DNA of 39,458 nt, taken from assembly GCF_001194135.2 (NCBI RefSeq), contig NC_068981.1:134929418-134968875 (forward strand). The letters run 5' to 3'. The first letter of the stretch is position 1, and each line of letters opens with the position of its first letter. The translations under genes and the position numbers were made by a program. This DNA comes from Octopus bimaculoides. Lineage: Eukaryota. Positions 1-13,042 of this stretch are shown piece by piece. The notes beneath the pieces were generated by a model, which worked only from the letters and a program-made list of their open reading frames with translations, ran no database searches and was not told the DNA's origin.

Positions 1-71
<71 letters not shown>

Positions 72-84
72 ATATATATATATG
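1..84. repeat. (TA)n/(TATG)n microsatellite
   Basis: Direct reading of the sequence. Confidence 0.97.
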
Positions 85-1311
85 AAATCAAGTCAATTAA
101 GGTTCCAGAAATGTAATTAAAGAATTATATATTCAGTTTGATGTTTGTTATACTGCAAATTAGTAGTTTCGAGATTTGTAATTCATAATCCTTACGTTGT
201 AAAGGGATCTCGCGCTGCTGTTTTCTTTTTTAACACTTGAACCATGTGACTTTCTATACATTAAAAAAAAAAACCTTCCTTCAATTTATTTTCTTGGAGT
301 ATTGTAATAAAATAACACACTTAATCATTTTCTAACATGACATTATAATTATATATTTAAAAAAAAAAAGGATGAATTGAATTTTCTTATTTTTTAAATC
401 TATAGAAGCATTATAAGAAATCTATGTAGGAAACAATTTAATGTTTTTATCAATATTTTAATCTAATGAAATTAATATATGTTCTTATTTTCAGTAATTT
501 GGAAAATATATATATTTTAACTGACAAACACCACAACTGCTACTGATATTCACAATTAGCATTAGATCTTTTTGTTATTGTTTAATTTAAAATGCACAAA
601 CTTTGTCTCATTTTCGTGGTTATATTTCTCAGTTTGTTATATTTTACTGATATATTTTAAATAATGTTACATCAAACTACTTGTTGAGTGTGTCAATTCT
701 TGCCTATGCATACATTTTTTTTTCTCAAAATTGTTAAATGACAAAAATGAGAAAGAAAGAAACCGCCACAACAATCATTTAACACAATAATGTAGACTAG
801 TTTGTACTATTAGACTTGTACATAAGCAGTTGTACTATTAGACTTGTACATAAGCAATTAACACTCATTGATTCTATTTATCTAAGGTATTTTTATATAT
901 GTAATTTTTAATGTTGTCACAGAAATTTTGTAATGTCTAAACATGAAAAGATTGTTATCTTTCACAGATAATAATCCTACAATCAATCACGGGGGAAAAT
1001 ATTTTTTTAAAAGAAATGTTATTGAATCAGTATCCAACTCAGCCAACAGATTTAAATATTTGCCATGAGAGAATGCATTGACAAGGGAGATAACCAACAA
1101 AACCTAAGGCACCAGCATCATTTGTGTTCACCTCACACATAACTCACTACTACTAGTTAATTTTTAGTAAGATGCATATGTAGGGTATCCAACTTTATTT
1201 ATTCAAGAAATATATTTTAACACTCTGAAAGACTTTCTTTAAACCTTTATATATGGACAAAATAAAATTCATACTTTGATTTTTTTTTTCACCTACTTAC
1301 TAATTATTATT

Positions 1312-1770
1312 AAGGCAGAAAGCTAGCAGAATCGTTAGCACACTGGGCAAAACACTTAGCAGCATTTCATGTCTTCATGTTCTGAGTCAAAATTTTGCCA
1401 AGGTCAACTTTGCCTTTCATCCTTTCAGGGTTGATAAAATAAATACCAGTTGAGTACTGGGGTTGATGCAATCGACTTACCCACTCCCCAAAATTGCTGG
1501 TCTTGTGCCAAAATTTGAAATCGATATCATTATTATTATTAAGATGGCGAGCTGGCAGAATCTATAGCACACAGGATGAAATGCATAGTGGTATTTCGCC
1601 CATTGCTATGTTCTGAGTTCAAATTCCACCGAGGTCGACTTTGCTTTTATCCTTTCAAGGTCGATAAATTAAGTACCAGTGAAGCACTGCGGTCGATGTA
1701 ATCAACTAGACCCCTTCCCCCAAATTTCAGGCCTTGTGCCTTTAGTAGAAAGGATTATTATTATTATCAT
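1312..1770 (+). mobile_element. Two head-to-tail copies of tRNA-derived SINE family A (1312-1540, 1541-1770) with (TTA)n tails
   Basis: Both share aaggYggcgagctggcagaatc...ttctgagttcaaat...ttgcctttcatcctt...gtcgat...aagtaccag. The second copy starts in the (tta)n tail of the first. Confidence 0.9.
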
Positions 1771-2521
1771 TACACAGTTTAAGATTTTATACCAATCTGT
1801 TTTTAAAAAAATTTCCTTTTCACTTTCTTGCCCCCGCAAAAAAATATGAGATATCACNNNNNNNNNNNNNNNNNNNNNNNNNNNNNNNNNNNNNNNNNNN
1901 NNNNNNNNNNNNNNNNNNNNNNNNNNNNNNNNNNNNNNNNNNNNNNNNNNNNNNNNNNNNNNNNNNNNNNNNNNNNNNNNNNNNNNNNNNNNNNNNNNNN
2001 NNNNNNNNNNNNNNNNNNNNNNNNNNNNNNNNNNNNNNNNNNNNNNNNNNNNNNNNNNNNNNNNNNNNNNNNNNNNNNNNNNNNNNNNNNNNNNNNNNNN
2101 NNNNNNNNNNNNNNNNNNNNNNNNNNNNNNNNNNNNNNNNNNNNNNNNNNNNNNNNNNNNNNNNNNNNNNNNNNNNNNNNNNNNNNNNNNNNNNNNNNNN
2201 NNNNNNNNNNNNNNNNNNNNNNNNNNNNNNNNNNNNNNNNNNNNNNNNNNNNNNNNNNNNNNNNNNNNNNNNNNNNNNNNNNNNNNNNNNNNNNNNNNNN
2301 NNNNNNNNNNNNNNNNNNNNNNNNNNNNNNNNNNNNNNNNNNNNNNNNNNNNNNNNNNNNNNNNNNNNNNNNNNNNNNNNNNNNNNNNNNNNNNNNNNNN
2401 NNNNNNNNNNNNNNNNNNNNNNNNNNNNNNNNNNNNNNNNNNNNNNNNNNNNNNNNNNNNNNNNNNNNNNNNNNNNNNNNNNNNNNNNNNNNNNNNNNNN
2501 NNNNNNNNNNNNNNNNNNNNN

Positions 2522-2556
<35 letters not shown>

Positions 2557-3079
2557 GTAAGACTTAGGTATGGTAGAATAGTTATAAAGTGGTTTCAGGT
2601 TCAACTCCATTGTATGGCACTTTGAGCAAGTGTCTTCTGCCAAAGCTACAAAGCAACTGAAACTTAGTGAAATTTTGTAGACAGAAATGCTAAATGGTTA
2701 GAGGTTTATTTCAAGGAGGGTTGGCAGAATTGGTTTGTTGAAGAATAAAAAATATTTTGTGGTATTTGAATCCATACAAGATATTTTCTTTTTGTGTCAA
2801 GTTCAACTTAATCTTTCATCCCTTACAAGACTGATACAATAGTTCCAGAGACATTCAACTCGGAACACTGAAGGCAGGGGCCTGCAGAAATACAATCCAT
2901 TGACTGAAACCAGTAAAATAAAAGAAATAAGTTATTCATCCAGATCCTCAATTAGATAGACAGACAGATACATACATGCATACATATATACACACATACA
3001 TGTATACACACATGCACTAAGATATATTACCATTTGTATTGTTTTAAAATATGTATTTTTTCATACACATAACAATGTA

Positions 3080-3133
<54 letters not shown>

Positions 3134-3462
3134 NNNNNNNNNNNNNNNNNNNNNNNNNNNNNNNNNNNNNNNNNNNNNNNNNNNNNNNNNNNNNNNNNNN
3201 NNNNNNNNNNNNNNNNNNNNNNNNNNNNNNNNNNNNNNNNNNNNNNNNNNNNNNNNNNNNNNNNNNNNNNNNNNNNNNNNNNNNNNNNNNNNNNNNNNNN
3301 NNNNNNNNNNNNNNNNNNNNNNNNNNNNNNNNNNNNNNNNNNNNNNNNNNNNNNNNNNNNNNNNNNNNNNNNNNNNNNNNNNNNNNNNNNNNNNNNNNNN
3401 NNNNNNNNNNNNNNNNNNNNNNNNNNNNNNNNNNNNNNNNNNNNNNNNNNNNNNNNNNNNNN

Positions 3463-3510
<48 letters not shown>

Positions 3511-3784
3511 CTGGTGCTGGTAACATTTGATGGAAGAGTTTCTATTTAAATGCTGTTATTAGTCGAGACAAATTCCCCGACAATATGACTGAATTTTCTT
3601 TTTATATTTTATTAATCTTCAGAAGCAACTAGTAAAATGTCGATTGCAATCATAAATGACTTTGTCAAATTTTTCTGCCACAACTTGATAGTTATATTTC
3701 TAAACAAATGAAGGAATTAGACCTTCAAAAGAAATGTTACCTTGAAACTGACAATTTTATATAATTATTTATGTAGTTTTTATG

Positions 3785-4005
3785 AAGGTGGCGAGCTAAC
3801 AGAATTATTAGAGTATTGGTGGGGAAAAAATGCTCTTGGCAGTATTTCTTCCAGTTCTTTAGATTCTGAGTTCAAATCCCACTTAGGTCAACTTTGCCTT
3901 TCATCCTTTTGTGGTCGATGAAATAAAGTACCAGTGAAGTACTGGGGTCTATAAACTTGACTAATCCTCCCTCTCCCACAAAAATACTGGCCTTGAGCCT
4001 AAACT
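3785..4005 (+). mobile_element. SINE family A copy
   Basis: Same head (aaggtggcgagctaacagaat) and body as 1541-1770. Confidence 0.85.
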
Positions 4006-4761
4006 ATAAACAGTTATGTAGTTTCTTACAAAACTTAACAGTTACACATTTCAAAGTTTGGTTGTTTTTGTTTTTTGTTTGTTTTTTAAATAAATGTTTG
4101 TATTTCAATAAGAAAATGAAAATAAACTGTACAAATTAGATGGCATATAAGGACCTACAGATTCTCCCATTTACCTTACAAGTAAAAGCCAACACCTGAT
4201 ATTTTAAGACATACAAAGGTAACATTTATCTGTTAATTAAAAGTTGCATTCTTTTTTATTCATTTTTTTTTCATCGTTGTTGCCTTTATTTATTTTTTTT
4301 TTATTGATTCTGACAAATGATTATTATAATGTAGCTGAAAGCAAAACAAAAACAAAAAACATTGAGATGAAAATTTATTACTGAATAACTGTGTAATCAA
4401 TGAGAAAACAATAATTTGAGAGAGAGAGAGAGAGAATGGTGTTATTTTGTTATAGCATGGGAACTTGTATTTTTACATCCCAGAAACATTTTCGTATAGT
4501 TATTTCATCAGCTATTTAACACAAATAATATTATTGATGACAATAAAAACTTTTTTATGTAAATTTATTTTGTGTCTGTTTTCTATTGTGGCCCTGGGCT
4601 GACCAAGGCCTTGCAAATAGATTTGATAAACAATAACTGTTAAAGTCAAAGATTCAAAAACAGAAACCTCACAAATAGGGGGTGGAAAAACAAGAAATGG
4701 TGTTTAACACTCAGGGAAAATGGAAGAAATCTTTAATGTTTTTGAGTTTATGTTCTTCTTC

Positions 4762-5350
4762 TTCATCATCATCATCATTTAATGTCCATTTTCTATGCTG
4801 GCATGGGTTGGACAGTTTGACAGGAGCTGGCTAAGCAAAAGACTGCACCAGGCTTCACTATCTGTTTTGGCATGGTTTTTATGGCTGGATGCCCTTCCTA
4901 ATACCAACCACCTTACAGAGTGGACGAAGTGCTTTTTTTACATGGCACCAGCACCAAACTGAATGCTTTTGTTCAGAAACAATAAATGAGGGGAGGAAAA
5001 TGGAAAGTGATAAGATAAACCTAGTTGTAAAAATTAATCAATATCCTGTCTCTACTCCATAAAAAAAAAAAAAAAATCAAAATATATGCAAAGACAGCTG
5101 GTTTACTGTGTTGCAGTATATACCAGATGATGATCTCCGAGACTCTGGCCAATCTGTGAAAACGGACATAAAATGATAATGGCTCAACCATCATCATCAT
5201 CATTATCATGCAACATCTGCTTTCCATGCTTGACAGTTTGACAAGGAACTGGCAATCTACAAGGCCACAACTGTCATCTTTAGCATGGTTTCTGCAGCTG
5301 AATGCCCTTCCTAATGCTAACCACTTAACAGAGTGTACTGGGTTTTTGTT
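4762..5350 (-). mobile_element. Two SINE family C fragments with (TGA)n tail (4762-4965, 5190-5350)
   Basis: catcatcatcatttaatgtcc...gcatgggttggac...ggatgcccttccta is the reverse complement of the 30385-30592 copy. Confidence 0.8.
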
Positions 5351-5853
5351 TTTTGGGTTTTTTTTGTTTTCCAACACAAGGGAGGATGTCATATAACTTT
5401 TTCCAAACAGAAAAGAATAGAGAAGGAAAGAGAGGAAAAAGCTCCCACTACTAAGAAGTATTTGAGATGAGTGACTGTATGCCAGGTGTTAAAAGTATGA
5501 TAGAGGGATAAGCACAGGTGTCTCGCATAGAGGAAATATATGGCTGAAAGAGTGATAACAACCATACAAAAGCATATAATTTCAGATGCAAATCCTTATA
5601 TTTGGATAATGATAATTTCAGTTTAGTAGTTTCTGTTCCTCTATCATACTTTACTCTCTTGTAACCTGGCACAAAGCCAGCTTCCTCAATGCTACTCAAT
5701 CAGATGCGGTTCTTGTCCTGCAAGTTACTTGGCGACCTTACTGGTACAGATGCAATGTAAAAGGCACCCAGTCCACTCAGTGAAGTGCTTGGCATTAGGA
5801 AGAACATCCAGCTGTAGAAACCATGCCAAAGTAGACAATTTTTTTTCTTACCT

Positions 5854-6170
5854 TTAACCCTCCAACGTGGAGTATAGGCCACTTATAATTGAATTCCATG
5901 TCGCATAATTTCTCGCTTCTGTACTTATACTCTGCCATGAATGTCCCCCTTTCTCTAGTTCCTTTTGTGTTGATCTACGCCACGAGTTCTTAGGTCTACC
6001 TCTCTTTCTATATCCATCCGGATTCCACTGTAAAGCACTTTTCACTGCATTTGGTGTGTCCTTTCTAATTGTGCTACCAATACACTTCCACTTTTTCTTA
6101 AAGTAGACAATAGAGCTTGGCATTGTCTTCTGACTTTCCTGTTCCTATCAAACCATCCTACCTATGGAGA
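5854..6170 (-). mobile_element. 3' end of an RTE-clade LINE ORF (5'-truncated)
   Basis: Translation WKCIGSTIRK..AVKSALQWNPDGYRKRGRPKNSWRRSTQKELEKGGHSW..W matches the RTE C-terminal motif (W.GH.LR...ALxWNPxGKRxRGRPK.TWRR). Confidence 0.85.
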
Positions 6171-6944
6171 GTGGAGTTAGGGTTCATTCAGACTATATAG
6201 CTGCAGGCTGACTAATTTCATGTGGAAACTAAGAAGTCTGCCATATAACATTAGTTTAACGTTCACTTTTCTATGCTATCAGATGAAATTTTGTTGAGGC
6301 AGATTTTTTCTACAACTGGATGATGATGATGATGATGTGTGTGTGTATGTGTTCCTTTGTCTTGACATTTGCATACTGATTAAAAAGTCACCATTCATAC
6401 AAATAGTGTGTCATTTGCTAATAGTCTTCAGCAAAAACATGTTTTGCCAGTGAGCTGTTTGTTTTCATTATCTGAAGGAATAGGGAAAATAATGCTTTGA
6501 TGACAAGAAGAACATCTGGCAGTAGAAAATCTGCTTCAATAAACTCCATCCAATCCATGAAAGCATGAAAAAGTGGACATGATGACGGTGACAAAGATGA
6601 TTTACGATTAATGTACTGAATCATAAGCTGAAATAAACAAAAACAGTTTTTAAGTTCCATGGGAAATTAAATGGCAAAGAGGAAAATAACAACGAATATT
6701 TCTACAACACATTATTCTACAGAATCAACATTAACTATTGATTGTCATGCCAAAGTATAGAAGGATATACCAGTGCAGTTCGCTGCCTTAGCAAAGAAAT
6801 GAAACATCTGTTAGTTGTACAGGACTGCATTCTCATGGCTGTCATGATCTTATGTCAGCCAATGCTTTGTGAGTGAAATTTGGTGAAGGGAAACTGTACA
6901 GAAGCCCATGTGATTTATATATCTATTTTTTGATGATTTATATC

Positions 6945-7157
6945 AGATTCAAATTTTGGCACAAAGCCTGCCAGTTTGAGGGAAGTGATAAGTCAATTAC
7001 ATCAACTCCAGTGCTCAACTAGTACTTATTTTATTGACCTCGAAAGGATAAATAGCAAAGTCAACCTCAGCAGAATTTGAACTCAGAACATAAATATGGG
7101 CAAAATTCTGCAAGCATTTTGCCTGTCATGTTAACAATTCTGCCAGCTCACCATCTT
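6945..7157 (-). mobile_element. SINE family A copy
   Basis: Reverse complement of family A, ending in aattctgccagctcacc. Confidence 0.85.
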
Positions 7158-7199
7158 CTTGCTGGAGTATATTAGCAAGGAAACTGATCAACAGATGCT

Positions 7200-7640
7200 T
7201 TTAACCTTTTCATTATTATATTTATGCTGAAATATATTGCCTTTGTTTCATGAAGAATTTAGTTAAATAACTGTTGTTATTAATCTGGTCTTGCAGGTGG
7301 CGAGCTGGCAGAATCATTAGCATGCTGGTCAAAATGCTTAGCGGCATTTCGTCCATCTTTACGTTCTGAGTTCAAGTTTTACCAAGGCTGACTTTGCCTT
7401 TCATTCTTTAAAATTAAGTACCAATGAAACACTGGGGTCGATGCAATTGACTAGTCCTCTCCTCTGAAATTTCAGGCTTTGTGCCTATAGTAGAAAGGAC
7501 TATTATTAATCTGGTCTTTGGAACATAAATTAACAAAAAAATTTTGATGGTAAGTTTTATATTAAATCACTTTAAAACAAGAAATGTGTATTAGAGAACC
7601 AAGAGGGATAGTCACAGGTAAGTTGGTATCAGAAAGAGAT
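7200..7640. mobile_element. Decayed piggyBac-like (TTAA/CCCTT-type) MITE interrupted by a SINE
   Basis: Begins ttaaccttt and ends ggtatcagaaagagataa. The interior matches the units at 30290-30810 and the end at 32215-32263 (ggtaacaaaagggttaa). Confidence 0.5.
7293..7502 (+). mobile_element. SINE family A with 16-bp TSD
   Basis: ttattaatctggtctt at 7277-7292 and 7503-7518 flanks the element. Confidence 0.92.
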
Positions 7641-8238
7641 AAACAAAAGTGCCATCATGTGAGATTTCCTCTGCACATGTTGCACAGGTGCTTTCATCAC
7701 TCTTGCCATAGAAAGTGCAGTGAACATGTGACTGGTTTGTTGCAAACCTATCACCAAGGAAGTTTTTGTTCATCAAATATGATATCAATACAGAAAAAAA
7801 GACATGGGTTTTGAAAGTAAGTGAAAACTCACTACATGACAGATAGACAGCAGGAGAAATTTTGAGAACTCCTGTCAAGCAAGTGATTCAGCTCATTAGT
7901 TCCTGACACTCTAAGGGGGTTGGGACCACCAAGGTCATGACTACTGAGTGTCTTCCTGGTGTTTTTGAAATTTCACCTTTAGTGGAACCTCCAGGTGATC
8001 TTATATCTCTGAAACTGTGGTGTATATTACTCAGCCACAAAGACCATTGCAAGACTTGCACTGTGTATCTATTTCAAACTGGGCTTCCTTCCTACTATAT
8101 TTAGCAGCTTTCAATATTCCTTTTCAGTTCCATTTCTCTTTGTCAATAGCTACCACACAGTACTATAGTAAACTCAGGGTTACTTATTCAAATAATAATA
8201 ATTTACTTATTCAAACAATAATAATTTACGTTTGCATA

Positions 8239-8650
8239 GGCGTAGGAGTGGCTGTGTAGTAAGTAGCTTGCTTACAAACCACATGGTCCCGGGTTCAGTC
8301 CCACTGTGTGGCATCTTGGGCAAGTGTCTTCTACTATAGCCTCAGGCTGACCAAAGCCTTGTGAGTGGATTTGGTAGATGGAAACTGAAAGAAGCTCATC
8401 GTATATATGTATATATGTATGTATGTATGTGCGTGTATATGTTTGTGTCTCTGTGTTTGTCCCTCCCAACATCGCTTGACAACCGATGCTGGTGTATTTA
8501 CATCCCTGTAAATTAGCGGTTCGGCAAAAGAGACCGATAGAATAAGTACTAGGCTTCCAAATAATAAGTCCTGGGGTTGATTTGCTCGACTAAAGGCAGT
8601 GCTCCAGCATGGCTACAGTCAAATGACTGAAGCAAGTAAGTAAAGAGTAG
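8239..8650 (+). mobile_element. Full-length tRNA-derived SINE family B with internal (TATG)/(TG) microsatellite
   Basis: Head ggagtggctgtgt..gttcagtccc (B-box-like); tail aaatgactgaagcaagtaa; homologous to 13043 and 27885. Confidence 0.9.
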
Positions 8651-8752
8651 CCAATAATTAAAGATTATCCTTTTTTTTTCCCCAAAAAATATATTTTTTT
8701 GCAAGTATTAACATAGTTGGGAGTATCCATAAGTTCAGATTTAACTACTTAC

Positions 8753-8767
8753 ATTGTATTGTAGCCT
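8753..8767 (-). CDS. Candidate 15-nt microexon (EATIQ), phase 1-1, downstream of the death-domain-like exon
   Basis: Minus strand gtattgttcag|AGGCTACAATACAAT|gtaagt; phase-compatible with the exon ending at 10199. Confidence 0.3.
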
Positions 8768-10198
8768 CTGAACAATACACTTAACTTTGAATAGTAAGAA
8801 AGAATTGTATGATGTATGTGTGCCCAACAGACAAAAAACAAAAAGTATCTCTTTTTCTTAAGAGTAATCTTTATACATATTTTCACTTTAAATGAGTACA
8901 AAAACTATAATTTACAATCTCATTATCAAAAAGTGCCATAAAATATTCAATTTCCATGTAAAATTTTTGAAACATCAATTGATGATATCTACTGTTTAAG
9001 GGTTAAGTCTGCATGTTCTAGTTTGCCTGTCCAAACAATACACAGGTTTGACATCAATTTTATGGTTGAGTGGTATTGTTTCTTTTTTTATAATTCTTTA
9101 ACCAGTAGAGGAAATTTCCTCGAAACCAGAGACTTGGCCTGAATACTTGCATTAGAGTAGATTCCACTCAAGCAACTTTTACCAGGTGGTGATGTTAAAT
9201 TGAATGACATATTAAGCCTACGGGAAAACTGCTCAGAAGTAAAGATGCAAATTTTTCAACAAAGAAACCCTCATATGCAAGCAGTGTTACAAGAATAAAT
9301 GTGAAGAAAAAAATAGATTTGTAACAGAACAAGGTCACTTTTTTTAGGAGTTATCAACCCATGAAAGGTGAAGTCAATAAAAAATAGGATTTGAACTAAA
9401 AAGGGAAAAAAGAAATAAAAGGACAAAGTAGCTGTATATTGTAAAGAATTTAGTTTGATACACCATCATTTCTGCTCGTTTATTTTCCTAGAAAAATAGC
9501 AATCAATATTTCCATGATATTACTTCACTGAATCAATACCAACAATTGGCTGTCCTGCCAAAGTATCAGGATTTTCTCAAGAAGGATATACCTTCTTAAA
9601 ATAACTGTCCTAGTTGTAAGATATCTTTGCTAAATAACCTTTCTTTTTGCTAGCCCCTTAATAGAGAGAAGGTTTCCTTTCCTTCCAACCACTAAGAAAT
9701 AATCTCTCCAGCCATCTTCATCATCTGTTTATGTTTATTCTTGTGAGGGTGGTGAGAGCAGAATCTTTGGACATTCCTTACAGAGGATCTTATAAGAAGC
9801 TACTGTCAGCAAAGGATTCAGCTGGATCCCCAAGAAAAATCAGTCATGGCAAGACCAACCAACTCCTTTACAATCTATCTCTAGATTTCCTGTCAGTTAG
9901 TCCCATCTGTAAAATCAGTCAAGCAATTCTTTCTCCAGACATTTTAACCACATGTCCATAATAACAAAGCTGTAACCTCCAAATATGGAGAAGTAGCAGC
10001 TTAACCTGGAGTAACTACCTCATCTCTGACCTATGCACTCTAGTGGCTCTGTAGAGGAAATCCTGCTTTGGTTACTTCTATTTGCAATTGTATTTTTTCA
10101 GTCACTGCCCAAGAAATAATTCCAGATCATGATCAAGGAAGAAAAAGATTCACTAATTTTAATTATTACTGATTTTAAAAGAAATGAAATTTTGTTAC

Positions 10199-10456
10199 CA
10201 CTTTGTAGAGTCTCAGCTTGCTTATTAAACCCTTGGGCTTTCAAAGCTTCTATTAAGTCATCATGTATAGCTGATTCGTCGACTTTTTCTGATATTTTAC
10301 AATCTATCCAGGCCATCAAAGTTCTCATAAATATCTCCATATTATGTATATTGTAGTTTTTTGACAAACTGTGTCCAAAACATCTCAATTCTGCCATGCT
10401 AAAGTTTCCTGCAGTTTCACTGCTGAAGAAATAGGTCATATATGTTCTATTCAGAC
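10199..10456 (-). CDS. Coding exon, death-domain-like (258 nt, phase 1-1)
   Basis: Acceptor tgtttcttttatatag, donor GTG|gtaaca, open frame GLNRTYMTY...MRTLMAWIDCK...HDDLIEALKAQGFNKQAETLQS. The ML.AW...L.EAL..G....AE.L pattern resembles death-domain helices 5-6. Confidence 0.65.
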
Positions 10457-10725
10457 CTATATAAAAGAAACACAATATTAGAAATGAATGTCTATGTAGA
10501 ATTACTGTATGAATAAATGAGTACACAATGTAAGTATGTTAATCTTTATTTTCATATTGAATACCATTACCATGAATCTAGCTTATGTTCTGATCAAATA
10601 CAAGGTAAATCCACAAGAGATGAACCTATAAAGTATAGTTTTCTATTATAGAGAAACTAATTTAGTTCACTGCTGTCTGTACCACTTCCACTACCATCAA
10701 AAGAAAATGTATAACTATCACTCAC

Positions 10726-10738
10726 AAGTGAATATTTC
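10726..10738 (-). CDS. Candidate 13-nt microexon (EIFT), phase 0-1
   Basis: gcctccag|GAAATATTCACTT|gtgagt would bridge the phase-0 exon ending at 13780 to the phase-1 exon starting at 10456. The acceptor is mediocre. Confidence 0.25.
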
Positions 10739-11410
10739 CTGGAGGCATGTACCATGCTTTTTCCAGTTGTCCTAGGTTCCTATATAATTACAAGCAGACA
10801 TAAAACACCTATTCTCAGCTTGCCCAAACATAACCCAATGCAACATTGGGGATATGACAATTGAAGGAAGAGAGGTGTCTGTAACAGCACTAGGCTGGTA
10901 CTCTTTTTTCAGCTGATTAAACTGGAATGACATGAAATGAAGCATCTTACTCAAGGACTTCCTGGTCCAAGAATCAAATTCACCACCTTATAATCATGAG
11001 TCCAACATCCTAAGCGGTGCAGTTGTCAGATTAATTCATTCATTTTGTTTTTCCATTTATTTTAATCACATCCAATGCTATTTGAATTAACATGAAAAAT
11101 ATTTTAATCATAGTGTTTTATTTATCATAGCTCTGTCTCTTTTCTTTATCACTTTTGAAATTTGAACAAATTTTACCTCTTTTAAGACATACAAGGGTCG
11201 GCTGAAAAGTTCATATGCTGACCAAGATACTCTCATGAAATGTGACCAAATGAGGTTTATTTTTCAACTTAGTCCCTCTTGCAGTCCACACACTTCTTTC
11301 ATCAGTATTGCAGTGCTTGGATCCCTTTGGTGAAGAAGCTTTCATCCTGTTTATTAAAAAAGTCATCAACAGCAGATATGATGTCATCAACAGCAGATAT
11401 GATGTCATCA

Positions 11411-12292
11411 TCACTGTGATACAGGTTTCCAGCCAAGTGTTTTTTTCATTTGAGAGAACAGATGATAGACATATGGAGCCAAATCAGGAGAAGAGAGAGG
11501 ATGATCAACCAGTTCAAAGCTACAGTCATGCACAGCAGCCATTGATATGAAGGACTTGTGTGCTGGAACACTATCCTGATGAAACAAGACCCCTTTCATC
11601 AGTTTTCCTGAGTGTTTGGTCTTGATAGCCTTTCATAACTACTCCAGTAAGCTGGCATATTCTCCATTGGAAGTGTGGCTCTTTTGAAGATCGTCAGTAA
11701 ACACAATGCTTTTTGCATCCCAAAAAACAGGCCATGATGAAACTACAGATGAAACAAGCTTGGCTATCTTTGGAGCAGGTTAGGAGGGGTGTTTACATTG
11801 CATGGATTGTCTCTTTGTCTCTGGCTCAAAGTGATGAAGCCAACACCCATTCTGGGTTAGAAAATGTTCAAGGAAACCAGCTGGATCTGCCTCAAACAAC
11901 GTCAGATTTTCATGTGATTTGATCAGCCTAGTGCACTTTTGATCAAGTATCAGAAAACATGGCACCCACCAAGGAAAAAGACCTTCATTATGCCAAGTCC
12001 ATTGTGCAGAATATTCTCCATTCTCAATAGTATTGGCTATTTGATTTCTAGTCAGACATCCCCATGTGGTGAACATGATCAATGTTTTCAACAGTGGTGG
12101 TAATTGCAGGACATACAGACCCTAGGACACCTTCAAGACTCTCTCTTCCCCTCCTAAATTCAGCTGCCCACTTTTGCACTGTTGATAAAGCTGGAGCATC
12201 ATTCCCTAATGTAGCAACCATGTCAGCATCAATATCCTTTGAGGTTAAACCCTTTTTCTGCAGGTACAACACCAAGATCCCAAATTTTGTCT
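11411..12292 (-). pseudogene. Mariner transposase pseudogene (frameshifts and stops; probable start codon mutated to ATA)
   Basis: ORF fragments 12048-12275, 11780-12091 and 11411-11599 are consecutive transposase segments in different frames. Confidence 0.9.
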
Positions 12293-12303
12293 ATTTTCAA
12301 GAG

Positions 12304-12684
12304 TTGTTGTTGGCACTCTGTCACTTACGACGTCGAGGGTTCCAGTTCATCCGATCAACGGAACAGCCTGCTTGTGAAATTAACGTGCAAGTGGCTGAGC
12401 ACTCCACAGACACGTGTACCTTTAACATAGTTCTCGGGGATATTCAGCATGACACGGTGTGACAAGGCTGACCCTTTGAATTACAGGCACAACAGAAACA
12501 GGAAGTAAGAGTGAGAGAAAGTTGTGGTGGAAGAGTACAGCAGGGTTTGCCACCATCCCCTGCCGGAGCCTCGAGGAGCTTTAGGTGTTTTCGCTCAATA
12601 AATACTGACAACGTCTGGGAATCGAAACCGCGATCCTATGATCGCAAGTCCGCTGCCCTAACCACTGGGCCATTGCGCCTCCAC
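12304..12684 (-). mobile_element. Full-length tRNA-derived SINE family D with 11-bp TSD, inserted in the mariner
   Basis: TSD attttcaagag at 12293-12303 and 12685-12695; tRNA-like head gtggaggcgcaatggcccagtggttagg; (CAA)n tail. Confidence 0.95.
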
Positions 12685-13042
12685 ATTTTCAAGAGAAGTC
12701 ACTACTATTTACTTTTGAAGTCTTCTCTCAACAGTCAGATGTCTGTTTACTTGGAAAGAAAACAATAATGCAGTTATTAATAATAAGAAGAGTTGAATTT
12801 GATACATACAAGATTTCACAGCTCTAGCATCACTTCTTCATAGTCAAACTATAAACTTTTCAGCTCACCCTCATATAACAATGATGTGTCAAGTAGACAA
12901 AAATAAACAAATTGATCTGTCAATCCAATAAAATGGGCCTAATTCAAATATTTTTTTCAGCATCAAATTTTTAAAAATTATAATTGCAAAAAAAATAAAA
13001 TAAAATAATATGTAAAATAATATATAAAATAAAATAATATCT

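Larger units (their letters stand above)
11190..12875 (-). mobile_element. Full-length decayed mariner transposon with TA TSD
   Basis: TIRs tacaagggtcggctgaaaagtt and aacttttcagctcaccctcata. Broken transposase with an N-terminal HTH (YLQKKGL..STVQKWAAEFRRGRESL), HHFEPETKRQSMQ, FHQDSVPAHK and HPLSSPDLAP (YSPDLAP motif). Confidence 0.95.

Noticed and set aside
802-856. 28-bp tandem duplication (also 21 bp at 11365-11410 and about 20 bp at 35910-35950)
   Set aside because: Ordinary slippage duplications with no sign of function.
1702-3549. Long ORFs of 140-313 aa in the ORF track (also 21481-22087, 26268-26547, 31147-31522)
   Set aside because: They run through N-gaps and poly-T or (TA)n tracts.
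3600-6480. Terminal-exon candidates for the DD gene (near 6470, 4230, 3690)
   Set aside because: Several equally plausible acceptors, one inside a repeat; none can be preferred.
10571-10625. 55-nt minus-strand exon with good splice sites
   Set aside because: Stop codons in all three frames; at most a poison exon.
12600-12684. tRNA genes at SINE heads (also 23560-23635, 37575-37650, 36620-36690)
   Set aside because: They continue into SINE bodies, with TSDs in the family-D copies; these are tRNA-derived heads, not tRNA genes.
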